From Lingula anatina (Eukaryota > Animalia > Brachiopoda), in NCBI GenBank assembly GCA_051362555.1, contig CM120642.1:16244001-16308000 (forward strand): 64,000 bases of DNA. Reading direction: 5' to 3'. Below are positions 42,101 to 53,929 of the stretch, piece by piece. Position 1 is the stretch's first letter, and the number at the start of each line of letters is the position of its first letter. The notes below the pieces were generated by a model. It was given only the letters and a program-made list of their open reading frames with translations, was not told where the DNA came from and did no database searches. The position numbers were made by a program, and so were the translations under genes.

Positions 42101-43482
42101 CTGTGTGTAAGGTGTAACAAATACTGGGCAATTTTCAAATTTTGCCAAATTCAGTGAAATTAAAATGCATTGTATATAACTTTTTATATGACTAAAACCA
42201 AAAATGATTCTAGTAAATTGTTGATAATGTTAGAGATATCAATTTTTTTTTCAGTCCATTTGCGTTATGTTTCAAGATCACATCATACCTGTGTCAGCAT
42301 GTATCAGATTTACATTCTTTTTGTTTCAGTTCAAGTCAGATCCCAGTAAAATGATGTCTATAGTAGGCTGGATGGTTGTGATGGGGGACGACCCCCTACA
42401 TCCTGGAACTTTTACCCTCACAGATCCTACCAAAGGTAAGGTTATAAATCTTTAATTGGGCTGATGCATCAGGTTAAGCATTAGAGAAGGGATATTTATT
42501 TGCTAGCATTATTGTATATGTGTGGGAAGTAAAGTGTTAGGCATGACATGATTATTTGTGTGTCAGTAGGGGGGCCCGTAGCAATAGTCCGAAGGTTCAA
42601 TAGTCCGAATGCTCACTATAAAACCTTCGGCCCAATGAATACTTGATTAAAAATTGATGAAAATGTTACCATTTTTCAGACCATTGTTTCTTCGGACCAA
42701 TGAATCTTGGGACTATCAAGACGCCCCCTCAGTATGCTTAAAACATTTTAACCTACTGCCCCCCAATGCCAGGGTCTAGGAGTCTATTCCAAAGCAAAGC
42801 AGGAACAGTGGCCAGTAACTGAACAATTTACAAATCTAGTATTTTTTTAATTCATTTCAGGGCACACAGTTCATGATTACATGATAGATATTTCTCACCA
42901 GTTAAGATTTTATATGTGCACAAATTTAATTCAGTTTTCACCTTTTTCAGGAGATGTGTATAAATTCCGTGCTAGTGATTCGGACAAAGCATTAGAATGG
43001 TGCAGGCACCTGAATAATGCAGCTAAAAGTCACATAGTTCAGGTAAGGGAGGGGAAATAGTGTTAATATACTTTTGTTTTTAGGGTTTTCTAAAATAGAT
43101 ATTGAAACTAAATCATTCATTCTCATGAAAATCCTTACACTTCAGAAGATTGGTAGAATATAACCTTTTGTTATGCTTTGTTTCATGCAGAATTATGTAA
43201 CTCAATTTTTTTATGCACTGTTGTAATTGATTATTTACTGTCTTGTTTATCATTATTTTGAACAAAATTAACACTTCAAGCATGTTCACTTTTAAAGATG
43301 TAGAAAGTCAATTTTTCAATAAAAAGCTTTCACACTGAGTAATAATACAAACAAGTTATATGTCATGTTTAGAAATAAAAAGATTTGCTTTGGTTTAAAA
43401 AAAGAAAACTAAATGTGAAAAACAAATTGATCTCTTTTTCTTTTCTTTACAGCCCCCAGCCAATTTAATGTCCTTTGAATAA
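30647..43482 (+). CDS. RALGPS1: Ras-specific guanine nucleotide-releasing factor RalGPS (RALGPS1/2-like): CDC25 RasGEF domain plus C-terminal PH domain, 17 coding exons, about 577 aa
   Basis: Exons: 30647-30733 (acceptor at 30616), 34390-34524, 34683-34733, 36476-36559, 37033-37122, 37580-37672, 37940-38063, 38453-38584, 39281-39374, 39598-39810, 40150-40307, 40749-40809, 41314-41401, 41937-42032, 42330-42435, 42951-43042, 43453-43482. Phases are all compatible (1734 nt). Family motifs: [93 protein letters not shown] and terminal PANLMSFE. The start codon is uncertain (30195 via an upstream exon, 30647 or 30686). Confidence 0.95.
31013..31063. repeat. (CA)n microsatellite
   Basis: Directly visible. 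Similar tracts at 4843-4866, 36085-36130 and 49564-49596. Confidence 0.9.
35335..35685. repeat. Degenerate minisatellite (about 50-60 bp unit) in a RalGPS intron
   Basis: Recurrent ccctg-rrttaca-wggctttgtaatgaa-like motif; cctttgagatgttttt occurs twice. Confidence 0.55.
41137..41334 (+). repeat. Tandem duplication spanning a RalGPS 3' splice site
   Basis: 41137-41222 and 41245-41334 share gtcttgtctgct...ttgtagctttgttt.taaacagg.ttt...gggtaactgatgagtta.attc. Confidence 0.85.
42568..42729. mobile_element. Short non-autonomous element with GGGG...CCCC ends and inverted subterminal aatagtccgaa / ttcggaccaat repeats
   Basis: Repeated 11-mers in opposite orientation at the two ends. Confidence 0.45.
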
Positions 43483-45151
43483 GGAAGATAATTCAGACCA
43501 GCAGAGGGTGTTGAAAGCAAGAAAGGCCAGTGTCTCAACACATCTTGTTTATACTTGTGATATACCTATGAACTTTGAATGCAGGGACAGACCCTCTCCT
43601 ATTTGGGTTCCTATTCACAGGTCTAAATCTACAGTGGAAGGACTTCCATAGAGAAGATATTCTATGAAAAAAAACTATGTGACTAGTGATTTACTTATGT
43701 GTGCCTTGTCATCGTATTCTGTGTGCTATGTCATCATATTTCGTGTGCTTCATCATGGCACAGTAAATGGTACAGTTTGACAGCATTAGGTGAGTGGATA
43801 CGGAGAGAAAGAAAAACTTGGAACACCCTCTCCTACTTTGCTGCCTTCAATATACTGGACTTATTCACTCATCAGAACTGCTGTCATGTATGTAACTGAT
43901 ACCTCAGCCTGCAGCAACTGTTCAAAAGCACTACCTTCAGATAAATATGGAGAGCATGTGACATATCAGTTATTTATCCATGCACATGTGAGAGATGATG
44001 AGGTGGAATAACAGTATTTAAGGATGGCAGTGTTGATGTTTCATTTCTTTAGCACTGGCTTACTATAATGAGTTCTTCTTACTACAGACACTGAAAATTT
44101 CTACCAGCATTTCATTGCCTCTGCTTTTAATGGATAAAAGAATTAGTGTTATTGCACTGGAGAATTTTTTTTAAAATCAACCAATGGCATATTCTTTCTC
44201 TGACAGTATGGGATTTGTTATTTTTGCAGTATTGTTCAAAATTTACTCTGACAACAAAGTTTATCTGCACCTTAATTTCTTGATATTATATTTATATGAA
44301 TATGGTATTGTAAAAGGAAATGGTTAGGAGAAAGAAACCTTATGATAATTGAACTGTCGGCACTGTTTATCCCATCTTGGTGATCTTAGTCATCAACAAA
44401 GTTCACGGGTCCAGAAAAGAAATTTCATTTCTGCTATGAATTGTAGCCACTATCTCCTTCCAAAAATTAAGTTTCCTGATTCTGTTAATCATTTATTAGG
44501 TTAAGATAGTGCTTTGTTTTCAGGGCTATGTGATTTCAGGTTGTCTGACACCTTCAAGTGGAATGATTTACACAACATGGCAATTTTACAAACCTTCTGT
44601 TACATCAACTGTTTGCAATTGTCCAAACACATAAAACTGTCACCTGTCCATAAAGAAGCCTAGATGTTATTGCGCTGTCTGTGCTGCATTATTCAGCAGT
44701 CTGGCCAGTGGATATGTAAAAAGTGGACAAATTCTAGTGTCAATTTGTATCTTTATCATTAAAGATAAAAACATCCATAGGCAGTGTGCACATGGTATAG
44801 GTTTACATAGTTCACAGTGCAATAGTCAGTTTGGAACATCATGGAATATCATCCATGGCCATGTTTTATTTATTTATTTATTTATTTATTTATCTATTTA
44901 TTTGTTTGTTTGTTTATTTATTTGTTTATTTACTATTTTTATGCAGGGCTCAAATGGGGTACAGTATATAAAGAGGAAATGATCAGCTGATGTCAATTGA
45001 CATCTGTGAATTTGTTTTCAGTGCTAGAGTTCACCTCACAAAAGAATTTAAGTTCAAAGTTGGTCTTTAACACTGAAAAAGTACCCTCAACTTTGAATCA
45101 AATACAGCAGTAGCAAGCCACATGAAATGAGGGTATTACATCTGTTGTACA

Positions 45152-45157
45152 AATAAA
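45152..45157 (+). terminator. Probable RalGPS polyadenylation signal AATAAA (3' UTR about 1.7 kb)
   Basis: AATAAA preceded by TGTA and followed by a GT/T-rich element (gtgtctttgt), near the end of the CpG-poor domain. Confidence 0.5.
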
Positions 45158-45409
45158 ATATGAAATGATCAATATTTTGGACATAGTGTCTTTGTATTAG
45201 TGAACTACTGCAGGTTTATTAAGAAGTTGGCCAATTTTTTTTAGTCTTTAAGTAGTTGATGTGTACTAAGGAGGCCAATAACTGGGAGCTGTTTTAGACA
45301 TGGAGTGCATTGTGGTACATTTTTTTAGTTGGTTAGATCTTTTTTTAAAGCATGGTTCACCTAGGTAGTACATATTTGCTTCTATTTGCCCTCAGCAAGT
45401 TTGTTTGTA

Positions 45410-45441
<32 letters not shown>

Positions 45442-47463
45442 TGTTTTTAAGGTAAAGAAAACAAGGATTCACTCCTAAACAGTTAAAGTTTTGAAGAAAT
45501 GTTGAGTATTGAAATCAAGTTATGTTTCTTCATCTACTTTGATGTGCATTTTATTTTTAGAGGAACTGAAAAATGAAAATGACTTTTACAACATTCTGAA
45601 TGTGTATGTAGAGATAGGTAACATTTTGAAAAACTGTTATGACCTATAAGTTGATTTATGCTTTTCCCTTTTAACTTGTGGTTTTTAAAATTTGTTCTGT
45701 TATCATACAATATTACAAAATATATAAATGAAAAAGTTTGGAACCGTGTTTTTATCTTTTGTATTTCACACAACGCTTCAAAACATTTCCTCATTCGTCC
45801 TTTTGTATTCTAACTTCATACAATAATTGACTTTGGGTGAGATCATCACAATTTATTGCTCTGAAGCTGGGATAATTTACCTCCGCCTTCGGAGTAATGG
45901 AGAACGGACCACCATTCCTATTCCTATCACACCTGGTACACTAATCTGGCAAGACATGCACCGTGCAGAAATTGTGACTGTTATTACGCAATCACATTCT
46001 CAAATCAACGTCAAAGCACGATAATTCTAACGATATAACTGATCCAAAAGAAAAGAGAAAAAATCTCAGCAGACGAGTCACAGGGACAGTGACTTTCAAG
46101 AATGATCAAAAATTGATGCGGTAGCTATAGAAAACGCAGCTTTACGTGGAACCCCTTACTCTTATATTAACAGGCCTTGTTGGATATTCTGAATGGGATT
46201 AGGTCTTGTCGATATAATACATGCATTTTGAAACTGCCCTTTTTCATCCACTCTGCGAATGAACCGCATTTGTATGTGTAGCACCCTGTAGGTTATTGTC
46301 CACCTCTTGAAAATACGGGATCCTCGAATGCCAGTGGGTTCTTCGTCTTTTAAAAAGTAGAAGCGTTCTTCTCAAAATGCAACTTGCAGTTGATGTTCAA
46401 ATTGCACTTCGAGCTTAATATTACAAAAGGTTTAATAGGAGTGTGAGTGAAACATTACATTAATTTGAATAAAATGAGCTTGCTGTCCAAATTGGCCGAG
46501 TAAATAGATTTTTACGCTCGGCATGATGGCTTAGTGGTTAGCGAGTGGCTCCAGGTTTGATATCTAGTATCAAGCTTTTTTCATTACAAAATGCAAACCT
46601 ATATTCACCGGCTGGTCAATATGTTCTGATATTTGGCCTGCACATGACTGCTCTCGACCAATTGGGCGTCAAAATTTGTGACCACATATCAAGAAAAAAA
46701 AAAGCAACCAATTTGTTTCTCATTGATCTGCGTCATTCCGTCTGAGATAACGAGTCGGTTGTATTGTTTCATTCGTTCCCAGTATTCTTCAGTAGTGGTT
46801 CATTATAAGGTCTGACTGGAATTATGTTTAGAAATTCACACGCCTTTCTATTTTTGCGAGTGTAAAATATTGGGAGTGTTATAAATGCTCCAAATTAATT
46901 ACTTTTGGATCTGTTAACTTCATATTCCTTGCCATTATGTCATGATTTGAACACTAAGGCTGAAACTTTTTCTATCAATGGGGTGAGTTGGTCAGCCAAT
47001 AGGGACAGTCAAATTGACGCATCCTCTCTTGTGAATGGCACATTTAGTGTGGTTAGCGGTCTTCAAAATTTATTATTTTATACGTTTTTATACAAAATCT
47101 ATAATCAAAAATGTCTCTTGCAATTATAGAATTGGTTTGAAACAATACCGAGGGACACCTAATAGACTACAGCTAGGATCGACCTTTTTGGTGAGAGTTT
47201 TTTCAAAGGTAACTTTCCCGATCCATGGAGTATACGGGTTCGAAGTACGTGAAGTTGACTGGAGGAGCATTTTGTCTCTTTTTTAGGCAGTGCACTTATA
47301 GAATAATATGTGCATGGACTGGCATCACATTTTGGCTTTCTTAGTCTAAAATGTACCATAAAATATAGCACAGGTGCTGGGCCTACGTATGCCCTGATTT
47401 TAGTGTGCATCGAGACGCTCACCGATTCGGGGTATTATGAAACACAAAGCACTTTGTGTATAA

Positions 47464-47712
47464 GGCTGCGTTCACATGCAAATACTATTTTCTAAAAATC
47501 TAAACATCTATTTGCGGTATCCTGTGATCACGGTCTGTGCCCTGAATACACCACGGCGTAATTACGGGCAGCGCGAGCCAGTTACTTCCAAAGCTGTAAT
47601 TAATTATCGGCGCTGCCAGTAATTACGCCGCGGGGTATTCAGGGCATAGACCATGATCACAAGATACCGCAAATAGATTTTTAGAAAATAGATTTTTCAT
47701 GTGAACGGTCCC
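47464..47712. mobile_element. Palindromic MITE (PIF/Harbinger-like ends, CGTTCACATG...CATGTGAACG)
   Basis: Arms of about 110 bp form a near-complete hairpin (atctatttgcggtatc / gataccgcaaatagat; ccctgaatac / gtattcaggg). The superfamily is inferred from terminus style only. Confidence 0.75.
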
Positions 47713-48562
47713 CAAGAGACAAAATGCAAGAATCATCAAGCTACTCAACGTACCTCTGTTTTGGGAGTTGAAACCCTTTGGTGACGGTTGCCTTGTGGCT
47801 GCTCTATAATCAAAGTGATCTGCACCTGCCTCCAATTACGTAGCAGAAACCTGTTTGTTAACGTTTTAAATCACGTATCTAACATTAAGCTTTCTTGTCT
47901 GTTATAACATTGTATGCGCGTCGTACAGCAGGTAATGTTATAACCAGACACACGCAATATGTGCTCCACACCGAACAGGTGCGCTGAAATATTAAATTAG
48001 TTTTTCAATTTTTCCTTTATTCCAAGAAAGTTGGGGTGAATGTTCGTATCACGAAACATTCTCTTTTGAAGTTAAAAGTACACTTCTGGAAGTTTTCGGG
48101 TTACAGTCAATGAATTGTGTCTGTCTTCTGACAATTGCGACTGGTCTAGATCAAGCGTATTTACTGAGCTGAGAACAAAAATAACTCTAGAATCGTATTT
48201 GCATTATCAATTAATTTACAGAGATGCACGACTAATCAAGTGTAATGAGTTTGAGTCACAAGTGCACACTTCCCACAATGAACAACATTTTTCGAAAGTA
48301 AATGCATACCATATTTTTTATGTACTCTTCAGAACTAAAATAAATTACAATATTTTTGTGGTTTAGTTTCTGTCATAACTGTGGCTTTATACAGCGCTTT
48401 TGGATATAACATTAATTTCAATCGGCTCTAAACAGTTTTAGGTAAGGGGATCGACGGTGTAATACGATCGGTGGTGTACCCGCTTGGATATCAGTTTTGA
48501 ATATATGAAAATGGCGTCATTAAAGATATCGATAACTGACATTCACTGGGAATTTAGCCATC

Positions 48563-49231
48563 TTATCCCGTTCTTTGCAGTAAAACTGACCCCGACGTCA
48601 TGGTACCTTCGATAGTTCGTAGTGCTCGCAGTATGATCCTATCACAGACAGCCGCAGCAGGCTCGACGGCACGGCTGAGTCTACCCGGGCATTCGCAGGT
48701 GGCGATAAGGTCTGAGCTACAATCCGGGAGATTCATACAGCAAAATTCACACACGAATGGTGGGTCAACAGCCACTGGAAGAAAAATGTTCCTGCACCGA
48801 CCCCACTCCAGCAGCGCAACCGACAAGACGTTGGCGCAGTTTCTTACCTGGGACGCCGATGGTAGACTTTGAAACGCGTAACATTTGTTCTGCAGTGTTG
48901 GAGACAAAGTACACCCAGTCTTGGTGAGAATGGATCCTAACCCTGTAGGGCTTGGTGGGTGACAGGACTGACATGCTATCAAGTCTAGTACCTTGCATAT
49001 GTGATTCCTGACGATGTCTCCCTTGTTACAACTATTTCCACCGGCCTCTTGTCGTTGTTGTGTGAGAGCGGCACAGAACGGATCATATGGAGGACACCCA
49101 AAGATATCAACACTGGGAACCTGGTGTGTGGCTTCTAAATTAGTCACCGCGCACAAGAGAAACGCTCTGAAAAGTCCTGCTTTCATCACTGCGACCATAG
49201 TATTTAAAATCAGTCCATTAGGAAGTGCCAT
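48563..49231 (-). CDS. Uncharacterised secreted cysteine-rich protein, paralog A (uninterrupted CDS)
   Basis: 222-aa ORF. The start may be the ATG at 49198 or 49186; the latter aligns with the paralog start. Hydrophobic leader GLFRAFLLCAVTNLEA and 17 Cys in the predicted mature chain. 49/78 residues are identical to paralog B over the ungapped CTL...CxCxGR block. Confidence 0.85.
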   Translation of the reverse strand: MALPNGLILNTMVAVMKAGLFRAFLLCAVTNLEATHQVPSVDIFGCPPYDPFCAALTQQRQEAGGNSCNKGDIVRNHICKVLDLIACQSCHPPSPTGLGSILTKTGCTLSPTLQNKCYAFQSLPSASQVRNCANVLSVALLEWGRCRNIFLPVAVDPPFVCEFCCMNLPDCSSDLIATCECPGRLSRAVEPAAAVCDRIILRALRTIEGTMTSGSVLLQRTG

Positions 49232-49557
49232 TAAGTAAAGATTTCGAAGTGAGGCTGATGCCTATGTTATGACTGCCTTTCATTATCTTAAAGGATAAAA
49301 AGCACGATTTTTTCATTTTATAAAAAGAAATAAATTATTGGCTTGTTTCACCTTCGTGTGGCACGCAGAAAACATTTTAACTTTTTCAGTTGTCAAAGAA
49401 AACATCGAAATTTGAGATAGCACACCGAGGCAGTGCACGTCCAGAGAAGATCCCGAGCGACATTGAAAAGCGCGTTCAGAAACAGTGTTTTATTTTTATT
49501 CATTAATTGATTTTATTCTATTTTATATTTATTTTTTATTTTATTATTATTATTTTT

Positions 49558-49598
<41 letters not shown>

Positions 49599-50874
49599 CA
49601 AAAAAAAACATAGTTGCCTTTTTTTAGCATTTAGAGAAGAGCTAAGTATAAATAGGGCGTTATATAAATCTTTTACAACGAGTAATCCGCGCTGACTAGT
49701 TTAGAAGCCACACACCTTTATATCTTTAAGTCAATTTAAATTGTCTCCTTTTTTTATGGTTTAACTATGTATTGTTAGGTGACAATGCCAAGTCTGTACT
49801 TTACCAATGTGATTTTGCCGATACACGCGATCTGAACATCGTTATTTCAGTACATGGACGATCTACACGCAGTCTACGCTGTTATAACTTTTCCTGCTAA
49901 ATAACGTTGTCATGCGTAGACGACATTAAGTCTTGTAGCAGTCACTTAAAGGAACAATGGAAATTACGGCGCAAAATGCATAATAAATTGATTTTGGCCG
50001 TATATGTATTTGATAATTCTCCCTTTAACTATAATGTGACCTTATATATTTATTCTTTCAAATATTGTGTCCAAACTCCATCATTTAAAATTTTTAATTT
50101 TTATCGCAATCATTATCTTCTTGCGATCTAAATTTTAGTAATTTTTTTTTATTTTCAAAATGCCATATCTATGTCAAACGATATTTATCAGTCACAAAGC
50201 CCGCTTCTATGGGTAACAAAAATTAATCTTATTACATTAATGAATTACAGGTTATATGATACAAATGCTGGACATAATGTTGCAAATTAAGGCAACTGGA
50301 TATGATAACTATAAATGGTTATTTTGATTAATTCAGTAACTGAGCTGTAGCTTTAAGGTTACTGACAGGGTTTACGAGTATCAAACTACCGAAAATAAGT
50401 TTTTTTTGTGCATTTAATTATTCAATAATGCATCTACCATGTTGCTGATAAAAAATAATAAGAATCCCCTTGAAAAATATTTGATTTAAGATTCTCGTCG
50501 CTATGCATAAGCATAAGCACTTCTGAGCGTTTATTGTCAGTTAAACATAGTTCTATTTTGAGGTGAGACAGCAATCAGAGAATGTCCTAAAAACGCAGCA
50601 ACATCAAAAGCAAATTCCTGTTACTCGTCAAATTGTGTATTTTTCGGCAAAGCATCATGCTACAATAACCCACCAACAGCTTGTATCCAATGATTTACAA
50701 TTTAGCTCAGGTCCCCCAAATAAATTCTATTAACGTTTTGAGGTTCAGTAAAGGATTCATGTCAATTCACCGTATAGATATTAAGCTTGGATTATATTTG
50801 ACATCTGTAAAGTAGATCTTCAGAGATGCATCAGCAATAATACTTATTTTTAGAGGTTCAGTTAACTTATGTTG

Positions 50875-51513
50875 TCAGCAAAAGCAGCTAAGCAGCGCGT
50901 CCCATACGATGTTGGCACAGAGGGCCACAACCGGCGGTGGGGCAGGTCTTCGTCCCTCGCAGCTGCACGTGGCGCGTATATCCGAGCTACACTGTTCTAA
51001 ATTCTCACAGCAGAAAGCGCACACGAATGGCGGATCCATGGGCACTCTGAAGAAAAGACTCCTGCAACGTACATACTCCGTTAAAGCATCGGACAGGACG
51101 GGAACGCAGTTCTTGGCCAGCGACGTTAATGGTAGACTTTGATATGCATAGCATTTCTTCTGGAGAGATGGTGTTAGAGTGCAGCTTGACTCCTTCAGAG
51201 TAAATGCATTGAATGGGTGTGGTGGCTTGCAAACCTTACAACCTATTAAGTCAAACGTCTTGCGTATTTGACCCACGATGGTGTCACTGGCTGGAGAGGG
51301 GTGTAATGGAATGCCACTCCTCAACTTGGCGATGACGGAGTTTGCCTTCTTACAGATATACCCATCCGCCAGCGGCAGGTGTTTGCTGCGCACGTAACAA
51401 GATGGCTCATAAAATGGACAACCAGAGGCATCGTGCCCGGAGACGCCACTCACCAGACGTGTGGCTTCCGAAGTTGCCACTGCACACAATACGAACACAC
51501 TTAAAAACCCCAT
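50875..51513 (-). CDS. Uncharacterised secreted cysteine-rich protein, paralog B (uninterrupted CDS, 212 aa)
   Basis: First ATG at 51513 (the ORF track start at 51609 is GTG). Leader MGFLSVFVLCAVATSEA, 18 Cys in the predicted mature chain, clear paralogy to 48563-49231. Confidence 0.87.
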   Translation of the reverse strand: MGFLSVFVLCAVATSEATRLVSGVSGHDASGCPFYEPSCYVRSKHLPLADGYICKKANSVIAKLRSGIPLHPSPASDTIVGQIRKTFDLIGCKVCKPPHPFNAFTLKESSCTLTPSLQKKCYAYQSLPLTSLAKNCVPVLSDALTEYVRCRSLFFRVPMDPPFVCAFCCENLEQCSSDIRATCSCEGRRPAPPPVVALCANIVWDALLSCFC

Positions 51514-51550
51514 GCCTGTCGATGTTGGATTAATGTGTTCAGTCTGTCCA

Positions 51551-51556
51551 TTTATA
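51551..51556 (-). promoter_or_regulatory. Candidate TATA box (TATAAA) of paralog B
   Basis: TATAAAT on the minus strand about 40 nt upstream of the ATG; this would imply a very short 5' UTR. Confidence 0.35.
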
Positions 51557-52238
51557 CGAACGCCCGAGTGCACCAGCAGCCACTGGCTGCCATTACTACC
51601 TCTTTGCACACTTTAGTCGATTTAAGAATGATTTATTTAACTGTCATTGCACTTTCGGGTTGAGACTTGCTATTCATTTCCAAGCATGCACTTTATGAGA
51701 CAAACACAGTATAAAGTACGTGATGCACACAACATGTTTACAGCTGCCGGTGCTTTGAGAAAAACAAATGGTCGACCTTTTGACCATCTGTCAATCTCTT
51801 TTTCTGCAGAATATCACAGACGCATGTATGGGCACCATTACGATCATTCAAGTGCAAGGAACAAGGGGTACGGATGGCCGCTAAAGACCAATACTGAACC
51901 TGTAACATGCAAAATTATTTACTCTGTGATCTTTGTTCTTCCTTATAATAAAAGGAACAAAACGAGATCTTTCGTTTAGTTTTACCGTGCACGGAAGCAT
52001 TTACTCAAGAGATGAGATTGCCTCGCCGTCTCTGACCAGCTGAGACATGCAGCGATGTTGCCTTTTGTATAACGTTAGTTTTATTGGGAATGAGGATAGG
52101 CCAACAAACATATTTTTATTATGGTATGTTCTATTAGAGAACCCCACAAGCGAAATTTGTGCAAAATTGTTTACAAATAATAACTTTTCCTGACTCGTTA
52201 CATCACAATTTTTAGGATGATAAGTCTTATCGAATATT

Positions 52239-52239
<1 letters not shown>

Positions 52240-52291
<52 letters not shown>
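52240..52291. repeat. (TA)n microsatellite
   Basis: Directly visible. Confidence 0.95.
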
Positions 52292-52295
<4 letters not shown>

Positions 52296-53831
52296 TATAA
52301 TCCGTAAGGCCATAACATTAGAACAATCAAAATTCCTTGTTGCCTTCTTTATTGTTGTGAATGGGACTATGAAAGTACACTGAGATGGAGGAGACATTAA
52401 TTTATTATTTTGAAAGATCTTAGAATGAACTAAACAGTTTTTTGAAGCTTGCCATGCTTTAAACTTAATTAAAATTTCAATTTAGGCGTTTAGGGCCTAC
52501 AAGTGGTCTCCCATGCTGCCTTGCTTTCAAGAAAGTAGAATTGTCGGTGAAAACGCAGAAATCGAAATTAAACATGTTACTAGTATACCTGTTACTGGTC
52601 GCCCAACAAAGTTTTTTTCATGTTCATTACCCGCTAGTACCATTGTACGAATTTCAGTGTATTTTGCACATTACAATTGCTTTGCCTCGCGGAGTACGTA
52701 TGTTATCTATCATTGTAGGGGAGAGAGGGATTCCCATGAAGAGACTTGGTCGTGCAGTTAAATGTTATAAATAAATGGACTACAAAATCTCAATTACCTC
52801 GTTGTATGACGGCACAGCAATGACGTAGGGATACTAACGTAGCGCATGAAATTCTGTTCTTCTGGTTTTCTTAAGTTTACGGACCATGGAAGAGAGGACT
52901 CGAGTTAAGATTAAGACTTTAAGGCAACGCGCAGTCGTTCTGCATTAATTTGAAAAAAAACAGCTGCAAGAAATGCGCCAAATTCAAAATTCGTTAAAAA
53001 GGATATAAGAAAGGTATTTCAAAGATGAATTATGAAATCTTCTAAGCTTACGGCTTTGATACAATGTAGGCATTGTCAGCGCGACATGTGCTCGAGAGAG
53101 TTGGAGCTTTGGTGTTTCTCTTCTCAAACTCTTGTTCGCGTGTTTAAAGCATACTTTACACGGTAGCATAGTTTCAAACAAAGTAACTAATGGAGTGTGG
53201 GCTGGGATGCTCTTTTGCATTCCACCTGAGACATCGTCATTACATAACAGCTTATTTACCTGCAAGGAAAATGACTCGTGATCCCAGAACATCTGAAACC
53301 TAAAAGACGTAAAATAATTATATTATTGTATCGGCATCACGGCGTGTTGTCGCATTCGTCCCCTAAGGCACAGATAATAGTACCGTGCTTCATTAGGATA
53401 CTCGAGTTGTATCATTTAAAAGGTTTGCCTTTCAACAAATCTACTCACTTATTTCCCACGTTTACTTTCTTTTTTTTTTTTTGCTTTTATAGACACTTTA
53501 CCATTGGTAGAGTAGGAAAATGATTACTCACTGTCAATTTTTTCTTGGATATTTTTGGCAGATCCCCAATATGCTACATTCAAACTACCATTTTAGAAAA
53601 AACTTTGTATCGGTGACTTTCTTTTGGTCCTATAAGCCGACTCCTATACTTCCAACCAATTAACCTTATTCTGTACTTTTCACATGGAACCCGAACTTCC
53701 ATTCCTGTCACACCTGAAATGCCTCCGCGTAGGGGCGTAGTTCAATCTCCCTCAACGTTTACTGGGTTGGAGACAGACGAGGTGTACAGAGTTACACTGT
53801 ATGCTGCTCCACCATTATTATCTTTACACTG

Positions 53832-53929
53832 CAGACCCGTAGCCAGCAGTGTCAAAAAATGGGTTTCTTTCGAATCAAACCCCCCCCTCCCCCCCCCCCC
53901 CCCCCCCCCCCCCCCCGGCTACGGGACTG
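53832..53929. mobile_element. 98-bp CAG...CTG MITE with 5-bp TSD (CACTG) and internal poly-C
   Basis: TIRs cagacccgtagcc / ggctacgggactg (12/13 match); CACTG at 53827-53831 and 53930-53934. Confidence 0.75.

Noticed and set aside
12000-43400. Possible nested ANGPTL gene, as in vertebrate RALGPS1/2 introns
   Set aside because: No fibrinogen-domain exons were found on the minus strand.
44989-45004. 16-bp palindrome gatgtcaattgacatc in the RalGPS 3' UTR
   Set aside because: Isolated, with no loop or other supporting structure; function cannot be supported.
48690-48755. CC-containing motif suggesting an insulin-like A chain
   Set aside because: Spacing is CC-x5-C-x7-CxC, not CC-x3-C-x8-C, and there is no B-chain motif.
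48961-48975. CQSCH (CxxCH haem-c motif) in paralog A
   Set aside because: Paralog B has CKVCK, so the His is not conserved; a secretory-pathway protein is more likely disulfide-bonded.
48600-51142. Similar plus-strand ORFs 48600-48872 and 50909-51142 (QQxxHTNGGS)
   Set aside because: Antisense shadows of the two Cys-rich paralogs.
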